This document shows positions 1 to 9,490 of a DNA stretch of 32,000 bases, piece after piece. This stretch comes from an uncultured Actinomycetes bacterium (GTDB lineage Bacteria > Actinomycetota > Actinomycetes > S36-B12 > CAIYMF01), in assembly GCA_963843975.1 (NCBI GenBank), contig CAWJMG010000003.1:1200001-1232000 (forward strand). Reading direction: 5' to 3'. Position 1 is the stretch's first letter; each line of letters starts with the position of its first letter. A model generated the notes under the pieces. It had not been told where the DNA came from. It was given only the letters and a program-made list of their open reading frames with translations, and did not search any database. Position numbers and translations under genes: made by a program.

Positions 1-628
1 CGAGCGGCTCGACGCCATCGGGGTGCGCACCCAGGGCCAGGCCCTGGTGCACCTGCTCGGGGCCGCGACGACGCAAGGCCACGTGCTGCGCGGGCCGGTG
101 GCGGGCGGCGAGCAGCTCTTCGCCGACCCGCTCACCTGGCTGGGGCCGCAGCCCGCCCTGCCCGACCGCCACGTGCTCCTCGCCGAGCTCGCACGGCGCT
201 ACCTCGTCGGCCACGGCCCGGCCTCCGACCGCGACCTCGCCTACTGGACGGGGCTCACCCTCGGCGACGCGCGCACCGGGCTCGCGGGCGTGCACCACCT
301 CGTCGAGCACGGGGACGGCCTCGTCTCGCTGCGAGCCGAGCAGCCCGACGACACCGCACTCCCCGAGCCGGTGCTGCTCGGCCCGTTCGACCCCCTGCTG
401 CACGGCTGGGTGTCGCGCGAACGCGTGCTCGGCGAGGACCTCGGCGTCGTGACGAGCAACGGGATCTTCCGCCCGGTGGCCCTCGTCGACGGCCGTGCAC
501 CGGCCGTGTGGCGGCTCGCCGGCGGCACGCTCACCTGGGAGGTGCGCGAGGGCTGGTCCCTGCCGCAGCGCGCGGAGCAGGCCCTGCGACGCGACGCCGA
601 CGCCGTGCGGGCCTACCTCGCAGCTTGA
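1..628 (+). CDS. Winged-helix DNA-binding / YcaQ (DUF1006, AlkZ-like DNA glycosylase) family protein, C-terminal part; the 5' end lies upstream of the window
   Basis: ORF 23..628 stays open back to position 2 (ERLDAIGVRTQ...). It carries family-typical strings LARRYLVGHGPASDRDLAYWTGL and TSNGIFRPVALVDGRAPAVWRL. GC3 is high. Confidence 0.6.
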   Translation, partial: ERLDAIGVRTQGQALVHLLGAATTQGHVLRGPVAGGEQLFADPLTWLGPQPALPDRHVLLAELARRYLVGHGPASDRDLAYWTGLTLGDARTGLAGVHHLVEHGDGLVSLRAEQPDDTALPEPVLLGPFDPLLHGWVSRERVLGEDLGVVTSNGIFRPVALVDGRAPAVWRLAGGTLTWEVREGWSLPQRAEQALRRDADAVRAYLAA

Positions 629-635
629 GCCGCGG

Positions 636-1913
636 TCAGTGGCCGGCGAGCTCGAGCGCGCGGACGTCGCTGCGCAGGCGGGCGGACGGCCAGCGCAGGA
701 AGCCGATGCTGACGACGACGAGGCCGATCACCGCCATGATCGTGACGGAGAAGGCGGGGCTGGTGCGGTCGGCGATGAAACCGGCAACGAGGTAGCCGAG
801 CGCCGTCACCGCGGCGAAGCCGGCGCTGGCGATGCCGATCACCCGGCCGCGGTGCTCGTTCTTGGTGAGCAGCGTCGTGAACGACATCACCGGCACGAGG
901 AAGGCCTGGGCCACGCCCGACACGAACCACAGCACGACGAGCACGACGATCGGCGGCTCGATGCCCGTGAACAGCAGCGGCAGGCACACGGCGATCGACA
1001 GGGGCAGCACGAGGTCGAGCTGGTCCCGCGGTGCACGGCGTCCGACGAGGATCGAGCCGAGCGCGGCACCGGTGATCACCGACGCCATGAGCACGCCGCC
1101 CCAGGCGTCGAGCTCGCCGTTGCTGCGCACGTAGGCGAGCGCCACCGCCTCAGGCGCGACGAGCGAGGCGGCCATGCCCCAGCCGAGCAGGACGAGGGCG
1201 CGGCGCGAGCGGTCGGCCATGAGCATGCGCCAGCCCTCGGCGAGATCGGCGAAGAGCTGACCGACCGACTCGGTGGCGTCGAGCATCGACGGCCGGTTCT
1301 TCACGAACGCCGCGATCAGCGCGTACGACACGACGAACGAGATGGCGTCGATGAAGAGCGCGGCCTGCGGCGAGGTCAGCTGCACGACGATGCCGCCGAG
1401 CACCAGGCCGATCGCCTGGTTCGCGAGGTGGAGCGACCGGGTCAGGCCCGTGCCCGCGGTGACGAGCGAGGGGGTGCCGAGCACGTCCGGGATCGACGCG
1501 GCGCGAGCCGACTCGAACAGCGGCGTAAAGAGCTCGGCGACGAACAGCAGCGCGAACAGGAGCCACAGCGGCGCGCCCGGCCCGGCGGCCAGCGCGAGCA
1601 CCGCGATCGCGATCGCGCGCGCGACGTCGGCGAGCAGCATGAGCGACTTGCGGCTGAAGCGGTCGGCAAGCGAGCCGAGCAGCGCGGCGCCGAGGAAGGT
1701 CGGGATGAACGACACCGCGAAGGTGGCGGCGGCCAGCAGCGCCGACCCCGTGTCGGACAGCACGAGCAGGGCGAGCGCGACGCGCGCGATCTGGTCGCCG
1801 GCCTCGCTGGCGACCTGGGCGGCCACCAGCCCGCGGAACTCGGGCACGGCCAGGACCTCACGGACACCGGCGCGCTGACGACCACCAGTCCGACCTTCGT
1901 CGGCAGCGCTCAC
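636..1913 (-). CDS. MFS transporter, EntS/enterobactin-exporter-like family (12 TMS type)
   Basis: The 425-aa ORF is hydrophobic throughout, with the MFS loop motif GSLADRFSRKSLM. The GTG start at 1913 overlaps the glnE stop as GTGA (1910-1913). It is a paralog of the gene at 16122..17450. Confidence 0.8.
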   Translation of the reverse strand: MSAADEGRTGGRQRAGVREVLAVPEFRGLVAAQVASEAGDQIARVALALLVLSDTGSALLAAATFAVSFIPTFLGAALLGSLADRFSRKSLMLLADVARAIAIAVLALAAGPGAPLWLLFALLFVAELFTPLFESARAASIPDVLGTPSLVTAGTGLTRSLHLANQAIGLVLGGIVVQLTSPQAALFIDAISFVVSYALIAAFVKNRPSMLDATESVGQLFADLAEGWRMLMADRSRRALVLLGWGMAASLVAPEAVALAYVRSNGELDAWGGVLMASVITGAALGSILVGRRAPRDQLDLVLPLSIAVCLPLLFTGIEPPIVVLVVLWFVSGVAQAFLVPVMSFTTLLTKNEHRGRVIGIASAGFAAVTALGYLVAGFIADRTSPAFSVTIMAVIGLVVVSIGFLRWPSARLRSDVRALELAGH

Positions 1914-4900
1914 GCGTAGAACACCCTCTCCACGACCCCCCGTGCGCGACGCGTGATCCGCCGGTAGTCGTCCAGCAGTGCCCCGCTCTCGCCGGGAGCG
2001 TAGCCGAGCACCTGGGACACGGCGGCGAGGTCGCGCGTGTCGGTCGGCACCATGTCGCTCGCTCGGCCCCGTACCAGCATCACCGCGTCACGGACGCGGG
2101 TCGCGATGCGCCACGACGCCACGAGATGGTCGGCGTCCTCCTGGTCGAGCAGGCCGGCCTCCACCGCGCCGACGAGCGCCGGGACGGTGCGCGTCGTCCG
2201 GAGTTCGGGCACCACGTAGCCGTGCTGGAGCGCCAGGAGCTGCGCCACCCACTCGACGTCCGACAGCCCTCCGCGACCGAGCTTGGTGTGCAGGCCGGGG
2301 TCGGCGCCGCGCGGCAGCCGCTCCGCCTCCATGCGGGCCTTGAGCCGCCGGATCTCGCGCACGTCGTTCTCGGCGATGCCGCCCTCGGGGTAGCGCAGCG
2401 GGTCGATGAGCGAGACGAACTCACGACCGAGCTGGTCGTCGCCGGCCACGGGCTCGGCGCGCAGCAGCGCCTGCGCCTCCCAGGTCGAGGACCACTTCTC
2501 GTAGTACGACGCGTACGACGCGATCGTGCGCACCAGCGGGCCGTTGCGCCCCTCGGGCCGCAGCGACGCGTCGACCTCGAGCACCGGGTCAGGGGTCGGG
2601 ATCATGAGCAGCCGCCGCAGCTCGGCGGCCACCGCCAGCGCGGCCTCGTGCGCGTCGCGGTCGTCGGCCCCCGGCAGCGGGTCGTGCACGAAGAGCACGT
2701 CGGCGTCGCTCGCGAAGCCGAGCTCGCCGCCGCCGAAGCGACCCATGGCCACGACGAGGAAGCGGGTGGGGAGGGCACTCCCCCGCTCGGCCATCACGGC
2801 CCGCTCGGCGATCTCGAGCGCGCCGGCGATCGTGGCGCCGGCGATGGCCGACAGCGCGACGCCCGCGTCGTCGACCTGGGCCGTGCCGAGCAGCTCCGCG
2901 ACGGCGGTGCGGAACAGTTCGCGACGGCGCAGCGCGCGCACGGCGGCGACCGCCACCTCCGGATCCTCGTGCCGGCGCGCGGCAGCGAGCGCCTCCACGT
3001 CGAGGGTCTCGCGCGTGCGCGGCACGAGCTCCTCGTCGTCGGCGAGGATCGTCACCGCTTCTGGCGCGCGCATGAGCAGGTCGGACGCGTACCGGCTCGA
3101 GGCCAGGACGGTCGCGAGCCGTTGCGCCGCAAGGGATTCGTCGCGCAGCAGACGGAGGTACCACGGCGTCGACCCGAGCGAGTCGCTCATGCGGCGGAAC
3201 GCCAGCAGGCCTGCGTCCGGGTCGGGCGCTACGGCGAACCACCCGAGCATGACCGGCAGCAGCGTGCGCTGGATCGCCGCACGGCGCGTGACGCCGGAGG
3301 TCAGCGCCTCGAGGTTGCGCAGCGCGCCGACGGGGTCGTTGTAGCCGAGCGCCTCGAGCCGCTGCCGGGCCGCCTCGTGCGTCAGCCGCGCTTCGCCTGC
3401 GTCGAGCCGGGCGACGGCGTTGAGCAGCGGGCGGTAGAACAGCTTCTCGTGCAGCCGCCGCACCTCGCGGCGGTGCTTCTTCCAGGCCTCGTTGAGCTCG
3501 GCGACCGGGTCGGTGCGCATCCCCATCGAGCGGGCGATGCGGCGGAGGTCGTCGTCGCCCTCCGGCACGACGTGCGTGCGGCGGAGGCGGTAGAGCTGGA
3601 TGCGGTGCTCGAGCGTGCGCAGGAACGCGTACGACTGCGAGAGGTTCGACGCGTCCTCGCGGCCGACGTACCCCCACGTCGCCAGCGACTCGAGCGCGGT
3701 CATGGTCGTCGAGCTGTGGAGCATGACGTCGCTCCGGCCGTGCACGAGCTGCAGCAGCTGCACCGAGAACTCGACGTCGCGCAGGCCGCCGGCGCCGAGC
3801 TTGAGCTGACGGTCGGCGTCCTTGGCCGGCACGTTCTGCTCGACGCGACGGCGCATGGCCTGCACGTCCTCGACGAAGTGGGGCCGGTCGGCGGCGCCCC
3901 ACACTAACGGCGTGACGAGGTCGACGAACGCGGCTCCGAGGCTCGAGGTCGCCCGCGGCGGGCCGTGCCTTGAGCAGCGCCTGGAACTCCCAGGTAGACG
4001 CCCAGCGCCGGTAGTAGCCGTCGTACGACGCGAGCGTGCGCACGAGCGCGCCGGACTTCCCCTCGGGGCGGAGATTCGGATCGACCTCCCAGATCGACCC
4101 CTCCGACGTCGGTGCGTTGCAGGCGCGCATGAGCGACTGCGCGAGCCGCGTGCCCGCCCGCAGCGCCTCGGTCTCGTCGACGCCCTCTGCCGGCTCGACG
4201 ACGTACACGACGTCGACGTCGGAGATGTAGTTGAGCTCGCGCCCGCCGCACTTGCCGAGCGCGATCACCGCGATGCGCGCGAGCGATGCGGCGTCGGGGT
4301 GCTCGGCACGGCCGATCGCGAGCGCGGCCTCGAGCGTGGCATCGGCCAGCTCGGCCAGCGCCGCGGACACGTCGACGAAGGACGCCGAGTCGGCGAGGTC
4401 GGACGCCGTGATCGCCAGCAGCCGTCGCCGGTAGGCGACCCGCAGCGCCGTGAGCGTCTCGGTTCCCGTGCCGGACGCGATGGGCTCCGAGGACCGCGGC
4501 TCGGCGCCGACGGCGCGCAGGAGCTCGCGGCGAACGACGTCGGCCGGGGCGAAGTCCGGGTCGTCCTCGTCGCGCGCGCAGAGCGCCGTCCAGTCGCCGG
4601 GGTTGCGGGCGAGGTGGTCGCCGAGCGCGGCCGAGGCGCCGAGCACCGCGAGCGCACGACGTCGGGTCTCGGCGTCGACGTCGAACTGCTCGACGAACGC
4701 GCGCGCAGCCGGGTCGGCCGTCTCGGCGATGCGCGCAAGCGAGGCGAGCGCGAGGTCGGGGTCGGCGGCGAGGCCGAGGTCGTCGAGCGCCGCCGTGCCG
4801 AGGCCGACGAGGCCCGGGTCCGAGAGGAGGCGGACGGCGAGCGCTGCGTCGGCGAAGCCGAGCCGGGCGAGACGCCCCTGCAGGCTTCCCGTCCGGCCCT

Positions 4901-4922
4901 CGGCCGTGCCGTCGAGCGACAT
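1910..4922 (-). pseudogene. glnE: Bifunctional glutamine synthetase adenylyltransferase/adenylyl-removing enzyme GlnE, interrupted by a net +1 nt frameshift near 3940 (real pseudogene or sequencing/assembly indel)
   Basis: The N-terminal half (MSLDGTAEGRTG...ALGKCGGRELNYISDVDVVYV...EFQALLKARPAAGDLE) lies in the frame of ORF 2589..6836. The C-terminal half (LGAAFVDLVTPLVWGAADRPHFVEDV...AMGRFGGGELGFASDADVLFV...) lies in the frame of ORF 1910..3904. Both nucleotidyltransferase motifs are present. The length of 3013 nt is 3n+1. Confidence 0.85.
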
Positions 4923-5686
4923 CAGGGCCGCGGACTGCCGGCGGATGCGCGGACGACGTCGGCGAACGCCACGGCGAACGGACGCCAGGCGGCGCGCATC
5001 TCCTCGGACCGGTCGACCATCTCGGTCAGCACGGCGTCGGTGGTGCGTCCGCACTTCTCGACGGGCGCCGGGTCGTCGGCGAACCACGAGCCGAGGATCT
5101 CGACGTCGACCTCGGGATGGAACTGCACCGCCCACGCGGCGTCGCCGAGGCGGTAGGCCTGGATCGGGCAGTCGGGCGTGCGGCCGAGCAGCACCGCGCC
5201 CGCGGGGGCCTCGATCATCGCGTCGCCGTGGTACTGCGCGACGGGGACGCCCTGTGGGAGGACCGAGAAGACCGGGTCGTCGGCCGCGGCCTCGGTGAGC
5301 TCGATCTCGTACACGCCGACCTCGGACACGGGCGCACGGTCGACGACGCCACCGCACGCCAGCGTCATCACCTGGCCGCCGAGGCAGACGCCGAGGACGG
5401 GGACCCCTGAGGCCACGGTGCTCGCCACGAGGGTGCGCTCGTCCGGCAGCCACGGGGCCACGTGGTCCTCCCACGCGGCCATCTCGCCGCCGAGCACCAC
5501 CAGGCCGTCGACGTCGTCGGGCAGCGCCGTCGGCACGGTCTCGCCCTGGTCGGCGCGCACGACGACGATCTCGACGCCGTCCTCCTCCCACCAGTCGCCG
5601 AGCAGCGCCGGCGGATCGGTGGGGTCGTTCTGCACGACGAGGAGGCGGACGGGCGCGGATGCGCCCTCGATGGTCTGGGAGGTCAT
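4922..5686 (-). CDS. Class I (type 1) glutamine amidotransferase-like protein (GuaA-like/COG0518; a peptidase C26-type hydrolase is also possible)
   Basis: It has the nucleophile elbow VLGVCLGGQ and the His-Glu pair in VQFHPEVD. I prefer the ATG at 5686 (aagg about 9 nt upstream); the alternative is the GTG at 5719. Its stop overlaps the glnE ATG as TGATG at 4920-4924. Confidence 0.75.
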   Translation of the reverse strand: MTSQTIEGASAPVRLLVVQNDPTDPPALLGDWWEEDGVEIVVVRADQGETVPTALPDDVDGLVVLGGEMAAWEDHVAPWLPDERTLVASTVASGVPVLGVCLGGQVMTLACGGVVDRAPVSEVGVYEIELTEAAADDPVFSVLPQGVPVAQYHGDAMIEAPAGAVLLGRTPDCPIQAYRLGDAAWAVQFHPEVDVEILGSWFADDPAPVEKCGRTTDAVLTEMVDRSEEMRAAWRPFAVAFADVVRASAGSPRP

Positions 5687-5737
5687 CGGGGTGCCTTGTT
5701 CGCTCGAGGACCGGCGCACGGAGCCGGGCCGGAGGGG

Positions 5738-7075
5738 TTACAGGACGGGCAGGTAGCGCGCGAGCTCGAAGGGGGTGACCTGGCGGCGGTAGTCGGCCCA
5801 CTCCTGCCGCTTGTTGCGCAGGAAGTGGTCGTAGACGTGCTCGCCGAGGGTCTCCGCGACGAGCTCGCTGCGCTCCATCACCGTGAGGGCCTGGCCGAGC
5901 GAGGTCGGCAGCGGCTCGATGCCGAGGGCACGCCGCTCGGACTCGGTGAGCGCCCACACGTCGTCCTCGGCGCCGGGCGGCAGCTCGTAGCCACCCTCGA
6001 TCCCCTTGAGGCCGGCCGCGAGCATGACGGCGAACGCGAGGTACGGGTTGGCCGCGGTGTCGATCGAGCGGAACTCGACGCGCGTGCTGTTGCCCTTGCT
6101 CGGCTTGTACATCGGCACGCGCACGAGGGCGCTGCGGTTGTTGTGGCCCCAGCAGACGTACGCCGGAGCCTCGCCGCCGCCCCCGAGGCGCTTGTAGGAG
6201 TTCACCCACTGGTTGGTGACGGCGGTGATCTCCGGCGCGTGCCTCAGCAGGCCGGCGATGAAGCTGCGTCCGACCTTCGACAGCGAGTAGTCGGCACCGG
6301 CCTCGTAGAAGGCGTTGCGGTCGCCCTCGAACAGCGACAGGTGGGTGTGCATGCCCGAGCCCGGGTGCTCGGCGAACGGCTTCGGCATGAAGGTGGCGTA
6401 CACGCCCTGCTCGAGCGCGACCTCCTTCACCACGAGGCGGAAGGTCATGATGTTGTCGGCGGTGGTGAGCGCGTCGGCGTAGCGCAGGTCGATCTCCTGC
6501 TGGCCGGGTGCGCCCTCGTGGTGGCTGAACTCCACCGAGATGCCCATCGCCTCGAGCATCGTGATCGCCTGGCGGCGGAAGTCGTAGCCGAGGCCGTGCG
6601 GGGTGTGGTCGAAGTAGCCGACCTGGTCGATCGGCGTCGGCACCTCGCCCTTGGCGAACCCCTGCTCGAGCAGGAAGAACTCGATCTCGGGGTGCGTGTA
6701 GAACGTGAAGCCGAGCTCTGCGGCCTTGGCGAGCTGACGCTTCAGCACGTGGCGCGGGTCGGCGTACGACGGGCTGCCGTCGGGCATGAGGATGTCGCAG
6801 AACATGCGGCCGACGCCCGGGCTCTCGCCGCGCCACGGCAGCACCTGGAAGGTGCTCGGGTCCGGCTTGGCGAGCATGTCGGACTCGAAGACGCGGGCGA
6901 AGCCCTCGATCGCCGAGCCGTCGAACCCGATGCCCTCGGAGAAGGCGCCCTCGAGCTCGGCCGGGGCCACGGCCACCGACTTCAGCATGCCGAGCACGTC
7001 GGTGAACCAGAGGCGCACGAAGCGGATGTCGCGCTCTTCGATCGTCCGGAGGACGAACTCCGTCTGCTTGTCCAT
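5738..7075 (-). CDS. glnA2: Type I glutamine synthetase family protein, actinobacterial GlnA2 type (445 aa)
   Basis: From the ATG at 7075 it reads MDKQTEFVLRTIEERDIRFVRLWFTDVLG, followed by GFDGSAIEGF, NIMTFRLVVKEVA and HTHLSLF, all GS catalytic-domain strings. Its position next to glnE matches the known glnA2-glnE synteny of Mycobacterium and Corynebacterium. Confidence 0.85.
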   Translation of the reverse strand: MDKQTEFVLRTIEERDIRFVRLWFTDVLGMLKSVAVAPAELEGAFSEGIGFDGSAIEGFARVFESDMLAKPDPSTFQVLPWRGESPGVGRMFCDILMPDGSPSYADPRHVLKRQLAKAAELGFTFYTHPEIEFFLLEQGFAKGEVPTPIDQVGYFDHTPHGLGYDFRRQAITMLEAMGISVEFSHHEGAPGQQEIDLRYADALTTADNIMTFRLVVKEVALEQGVYATFMPKPFAEHPGSGMHTHLSLFEGDRNAFYEAGADYSLSKVGRSFIAGLLRHAPEITAVTNQWVNSYKRLGGGGEAPAYVCWGHNNRSALVRVPMYKPSKGNSTRVEFRSIDTAANPYLAFAVMLAAGLKGIEGGYELPPGAEDDVWALTESERRALGIEPLPTSLGQALTVMERSELVAETLGEHVYDHFLRNKRQEWADYRRQVTPFELARYLPVL

Positions 7076-7157
7076 GCGGTCATCTTGTCCTACCTCGTGT
7101 GACAGGCACATGTCGCCTCGCCACATGCCCGGCGACTCCTCCGCCTAGGCTTGCGAC

Positions 7158-8891
7158 GTGCCCCAGCTCCGGCTCGCCCTCGCCCAGGTCAACCCGTGCG
7201 TGGGCGACCTCGCGGGCAACCTCGACCTCGTCCTCACCGCCGCCCGCGACGCCCACGCCGCCGGCGCACGGCTGCTCGCCCTCCCCGAGATGGTCGTCAC
7301 CGGCTACCCGGTCGAGGACCTCGCGCTGCGGCCGTCGTTCCAGGCCGCCAGCCGGGCTGCACTCGACGACCTGGCCGGGCGGCTCGTCGACGAGGGCCTG
7401 GGCGCGCTCGTGGTGGTCGTCGGCTACCTCGACGTGATCGACGACGGCCGCGACCGGCTCGGCCGTCCGCGCGGAGGCCCCCAGAACGCCGCCGCCGTGG
7501 TGACCGGCGGCCGTGTCGTCGCCCGCTACGCCAAGCACCACCTGCCCAACTACGGGGTCTTCGACGAGTTCCGCTACTTCGTGCCGGGCAGCTCCACCAC
7601 CGTCGTGCGCGTCGACGGCGTCGACGTCGCGATCGCCATCTGCGAGGACCTCTGGCAGGACGGCGGCCCCGTCGCACAGGTGCGCGACACCGGTGCCGGC
7701 CTCCTCGTGGTCATCAACGGCTCGCCGTACGAGCGCAACAAGGACGACGTACGTCTCGAGCTGTGCGCCCGACGCGCGGTCGAGGCGGGCTGCGCGCTCG
7801 CCTACGTCAACATGGTCGGCGGCCAGGACGAGCTCGTCTTCGACGGCGACTCCCTCGTGGTCGACGCCACCGGCGCGCTCGTCGCCCGCGCGCCGCAGTT
7901 CGAGGAGACGCTGCTCGTCGTCGACCTCGACCTCCCCATGGCCGACCCGACCACGAGCGCGTCGACCGCCGCCATCGGCTTCCCGCTTACGCCGTACGCC
8001 GCCGAGCCGGCGACCGTGGCGCCGCGGCTCGGCGACGAGGCCGAGGTGTGGCAGGCGCTGGTCGTCGGCCTCCGCGACTACATCCGCAAGAACGGGTTCC
8101 GCTCGGTCGCCCTCGGTCTGTCCGGTGGCATCGACTCCGCGGTCGTCGCGGCGATCGCGTGCGACGCGCTCGGCGCCGACAACGTGCACGGCGTCTCCCT
8201 GCCGAGCGTCTACTCGTCCGAGCACTCCAAAGGCGACGCCGCCGACATGGCCGGGCGCACCGGGCTGCACTACCGCACGGTCGAGATCGCCCCGATGGTC
8301 GACGCGTTCATGGGGCAGCTGCACCTCACCGGCCTCGCCGAGGAGAACCTGCAGGCGCGCGTGCGCGGCACCACGCTCATGGCCATCTCGAACTCCGAGG
8401 GCCACCTGATCCTGGCGACCGGCAACAAGAGCGAGCTCTCGGTCGGCTACTCGACGATCTACGGCGACGCCGTCGGCGGCTACGCGCCCATCAAGGATGT
8501 GCCCAAGGTCGACGTGTGGGCGCTCGCCCGCTGGCGCAACGCGGATGCCGAGGCGCGAGGCGAGACTCCCCCGATCCCGCCGAACAGCATCGACAAGCCG
8601 CCGTCGGCCGAGCTGAGGCCCGGGCAGCTCGACACCGACTCGCTGCCCGACTACGCCGTCCTCGACGACCTGCTCGACGACTACGTCGAGAACGACCGCG
8701 GCGCAGCCGAGCTCGTGGCCGATGGGTTCGACCAGGCGCTGGTCGAGCGCGTGCTGCGGCTCACGGACGTCGCCGAGTACAAGCGCCGGCAGTACCCCCC
8801 GGGCACGAAGATCTCGTCCAAGGGCTTCGGCCGCGACCGCCGTCTGCCCGTCACGAACCGCTGGCGCGAGACGTTGCCCGAGCAGGGCTAG
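7158..8891 (+). CDS. nadE: Glutamine-dependent NAD+ synthetase (N-terminal CN-hydrolase/glutaminase domain plus C-terminal NAD synthetase domain)
   Basis: The 577-aa ORF starts LRLALAQVNPCVGDL...LPEMVVTGYP (nitrilase-type domain). It carries the PP-loop LGLSGGIDSAV and ends KRRQYPPGTKIS. It is divergent from glnA2. Confidence 0.9.
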   Translation: MPQLRLALAQVNPCVGDLAGNLDLVLTAARDAHAAGARLLALPEMVVTGYPVEDLALRPSFQAASRAALDDLAGRLVDEGLGALVVVVGYLDVIDDGRDRLGRPRGGPQNAAAVVTGGRVVARYAKHHLPNYGVFDEFRYFVPGSSTTVVRVDGVDVAIAICEDLWQDGGPVAQVRDTGAGLLVVINGSPYERNKDDVRLELCARRAVEAGCALAYVNMVGGQDELVFDGDSLVVDATGALVARAPQFEETLLVVDLDLPMADPTTSASTAAIGFPLTPYAAEPATVAPRLGDEAEVWQALVVGLRDYIRKNGFRSVALGLSGGIDSAVVAAIACDALGADNVHGVSLPSVYSSEHSKGDAADMAGRTGLHYRTVEIAPMVDAFMGQLHLTGLAEENLQARVRGTTLMAISNSEGHLILATGNKSELSVGYSTIYGDAVGGYAPIKDVPKVDVWALARWRNADAEARGETPPIPPNSIDKPPSAELRPGQLDTDSLPDYAVLDDLLDDYVENDRGAAELVADGFDQALVERVLRLTDVAEYKRRQYPPGTKISSKGFGRDRRLPVTNRWRETLPEQG

Positions 8892-9490
8892 CGCGCGAGG
8901 AAGCCGGCGAGCGCAGCGTCGACGACCTGGGTCGAGCCCGCGCCCGGAGCCGGGTCGCGGCCGCTCGAACGCACCTGGTTCATGTAGACGCTCGTGCCGA
9001 TGATGAGCGTGATGAGCAGCTCGAGGTCGGCGTCCGCCCGGATCTCGCCGCGTTCGATCCCGCGGCGCAGCACGACGCGGAACGTCTCGCGGCGCGGCTC
9101 GATGACCGTGTCGTAGAACGACTCGAACAGGCGCGGGTTCGACTTCGCGTGCGCCATGACGCGGTGGAAGACGAGCCCGTTCGGGGTCTGCACGTACGAC
9201 CGCCACCAGGCGTCGACGAGGAAGAGGATCCCCTCGCGCACCGTCCCCTCGGGCACGTCGTCCGGCAGACCCATCACGAGCGCGCCGAGCGAGGCCACCA
9301 CGAGGTCGTCCTTGGTGGGCCAGCGGCGGTAGATCGTGGCCTTGCTGACGCCGGCGCGGGTCGCGACCTCCTCGACCGAGAGGCCGGTGGGGCCGACCTC
9401 GGCGAGCAGGTGGAGCGCCGCGTCGAGGATCGCCGAGTCGGCCCGGACGTCGCGAGGACGTCCGGGCGCGCGCGTACGGCTGACGGTCAC
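8888..9490 (-). CDS. TetR/AcrR family transcriptional regulator
   Basis: It has the N-terminal HTH LSVEEVATRAGVSKATIYRRWPTKDDL. The GTG start overlaps the upstream MFS stop as GTGA (9487-9490). Its stop overlaps the nadE stop in a palindromic CTAG (8888-8891). Confidence 0.85.
   Translation of the reverse strand: MTVSRTRAPGRPRDVRADSAILDAALHLLAEVGPTGLSVEEVATRAGVSKATIYRRWPTKDDLVVASLGALVMGLPDDVPEGTVREGILFLVDAWWRSYVQTPNGLVFHRVMAHAKSNPRLFESFYDTVIEPRRETFRVVLRRGIERGEIRADADLELLITLIIGTSVYMNQVRSSGRDPAPGAGSTQVVDAALAGFLAR

Noticed and set aside
495-1919. A 474-aa plus-strand ORF antisense to the first MFS gene
   Set aside because: The translation is low-complexity and charged (R/E/D/H/G) with no membrane or domain features. 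The opposite strand encodes a convincing MFS transporter.
2589-6836. A 1415-aa minus-strand ORF, the longest in the track
   Set aside because: It is a chimera. Only its 3935-4922 portion is real coding sequence (the glnE N-terminal half). Upstream of that it runs off-frame through the GATase and glnA2 genes, and downstream of the frameshift it is off-frame to the glnE C-terminal half. The translation is Arg/Pro/Ala-rich, as is typical of wrong-frame high-GC DNA.
7076-7157. A possible GlnR-type operator in the glnA2/nadE divergent region (GTGAC at about 7101-7105; repeated cacatg)
   Set aside because: Only one half-site fits gTnAc. No GAAAC-type partner lies at 6-nt spacing on either strand, so the support is insufficient.
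8888-8891. Overlapping convergent stop codons of nadE and the TetR gene within a palindromic CTAG
   Set aside because: The overlap is real, but it is a trivial consequence of tight packing and I see no functional implication.
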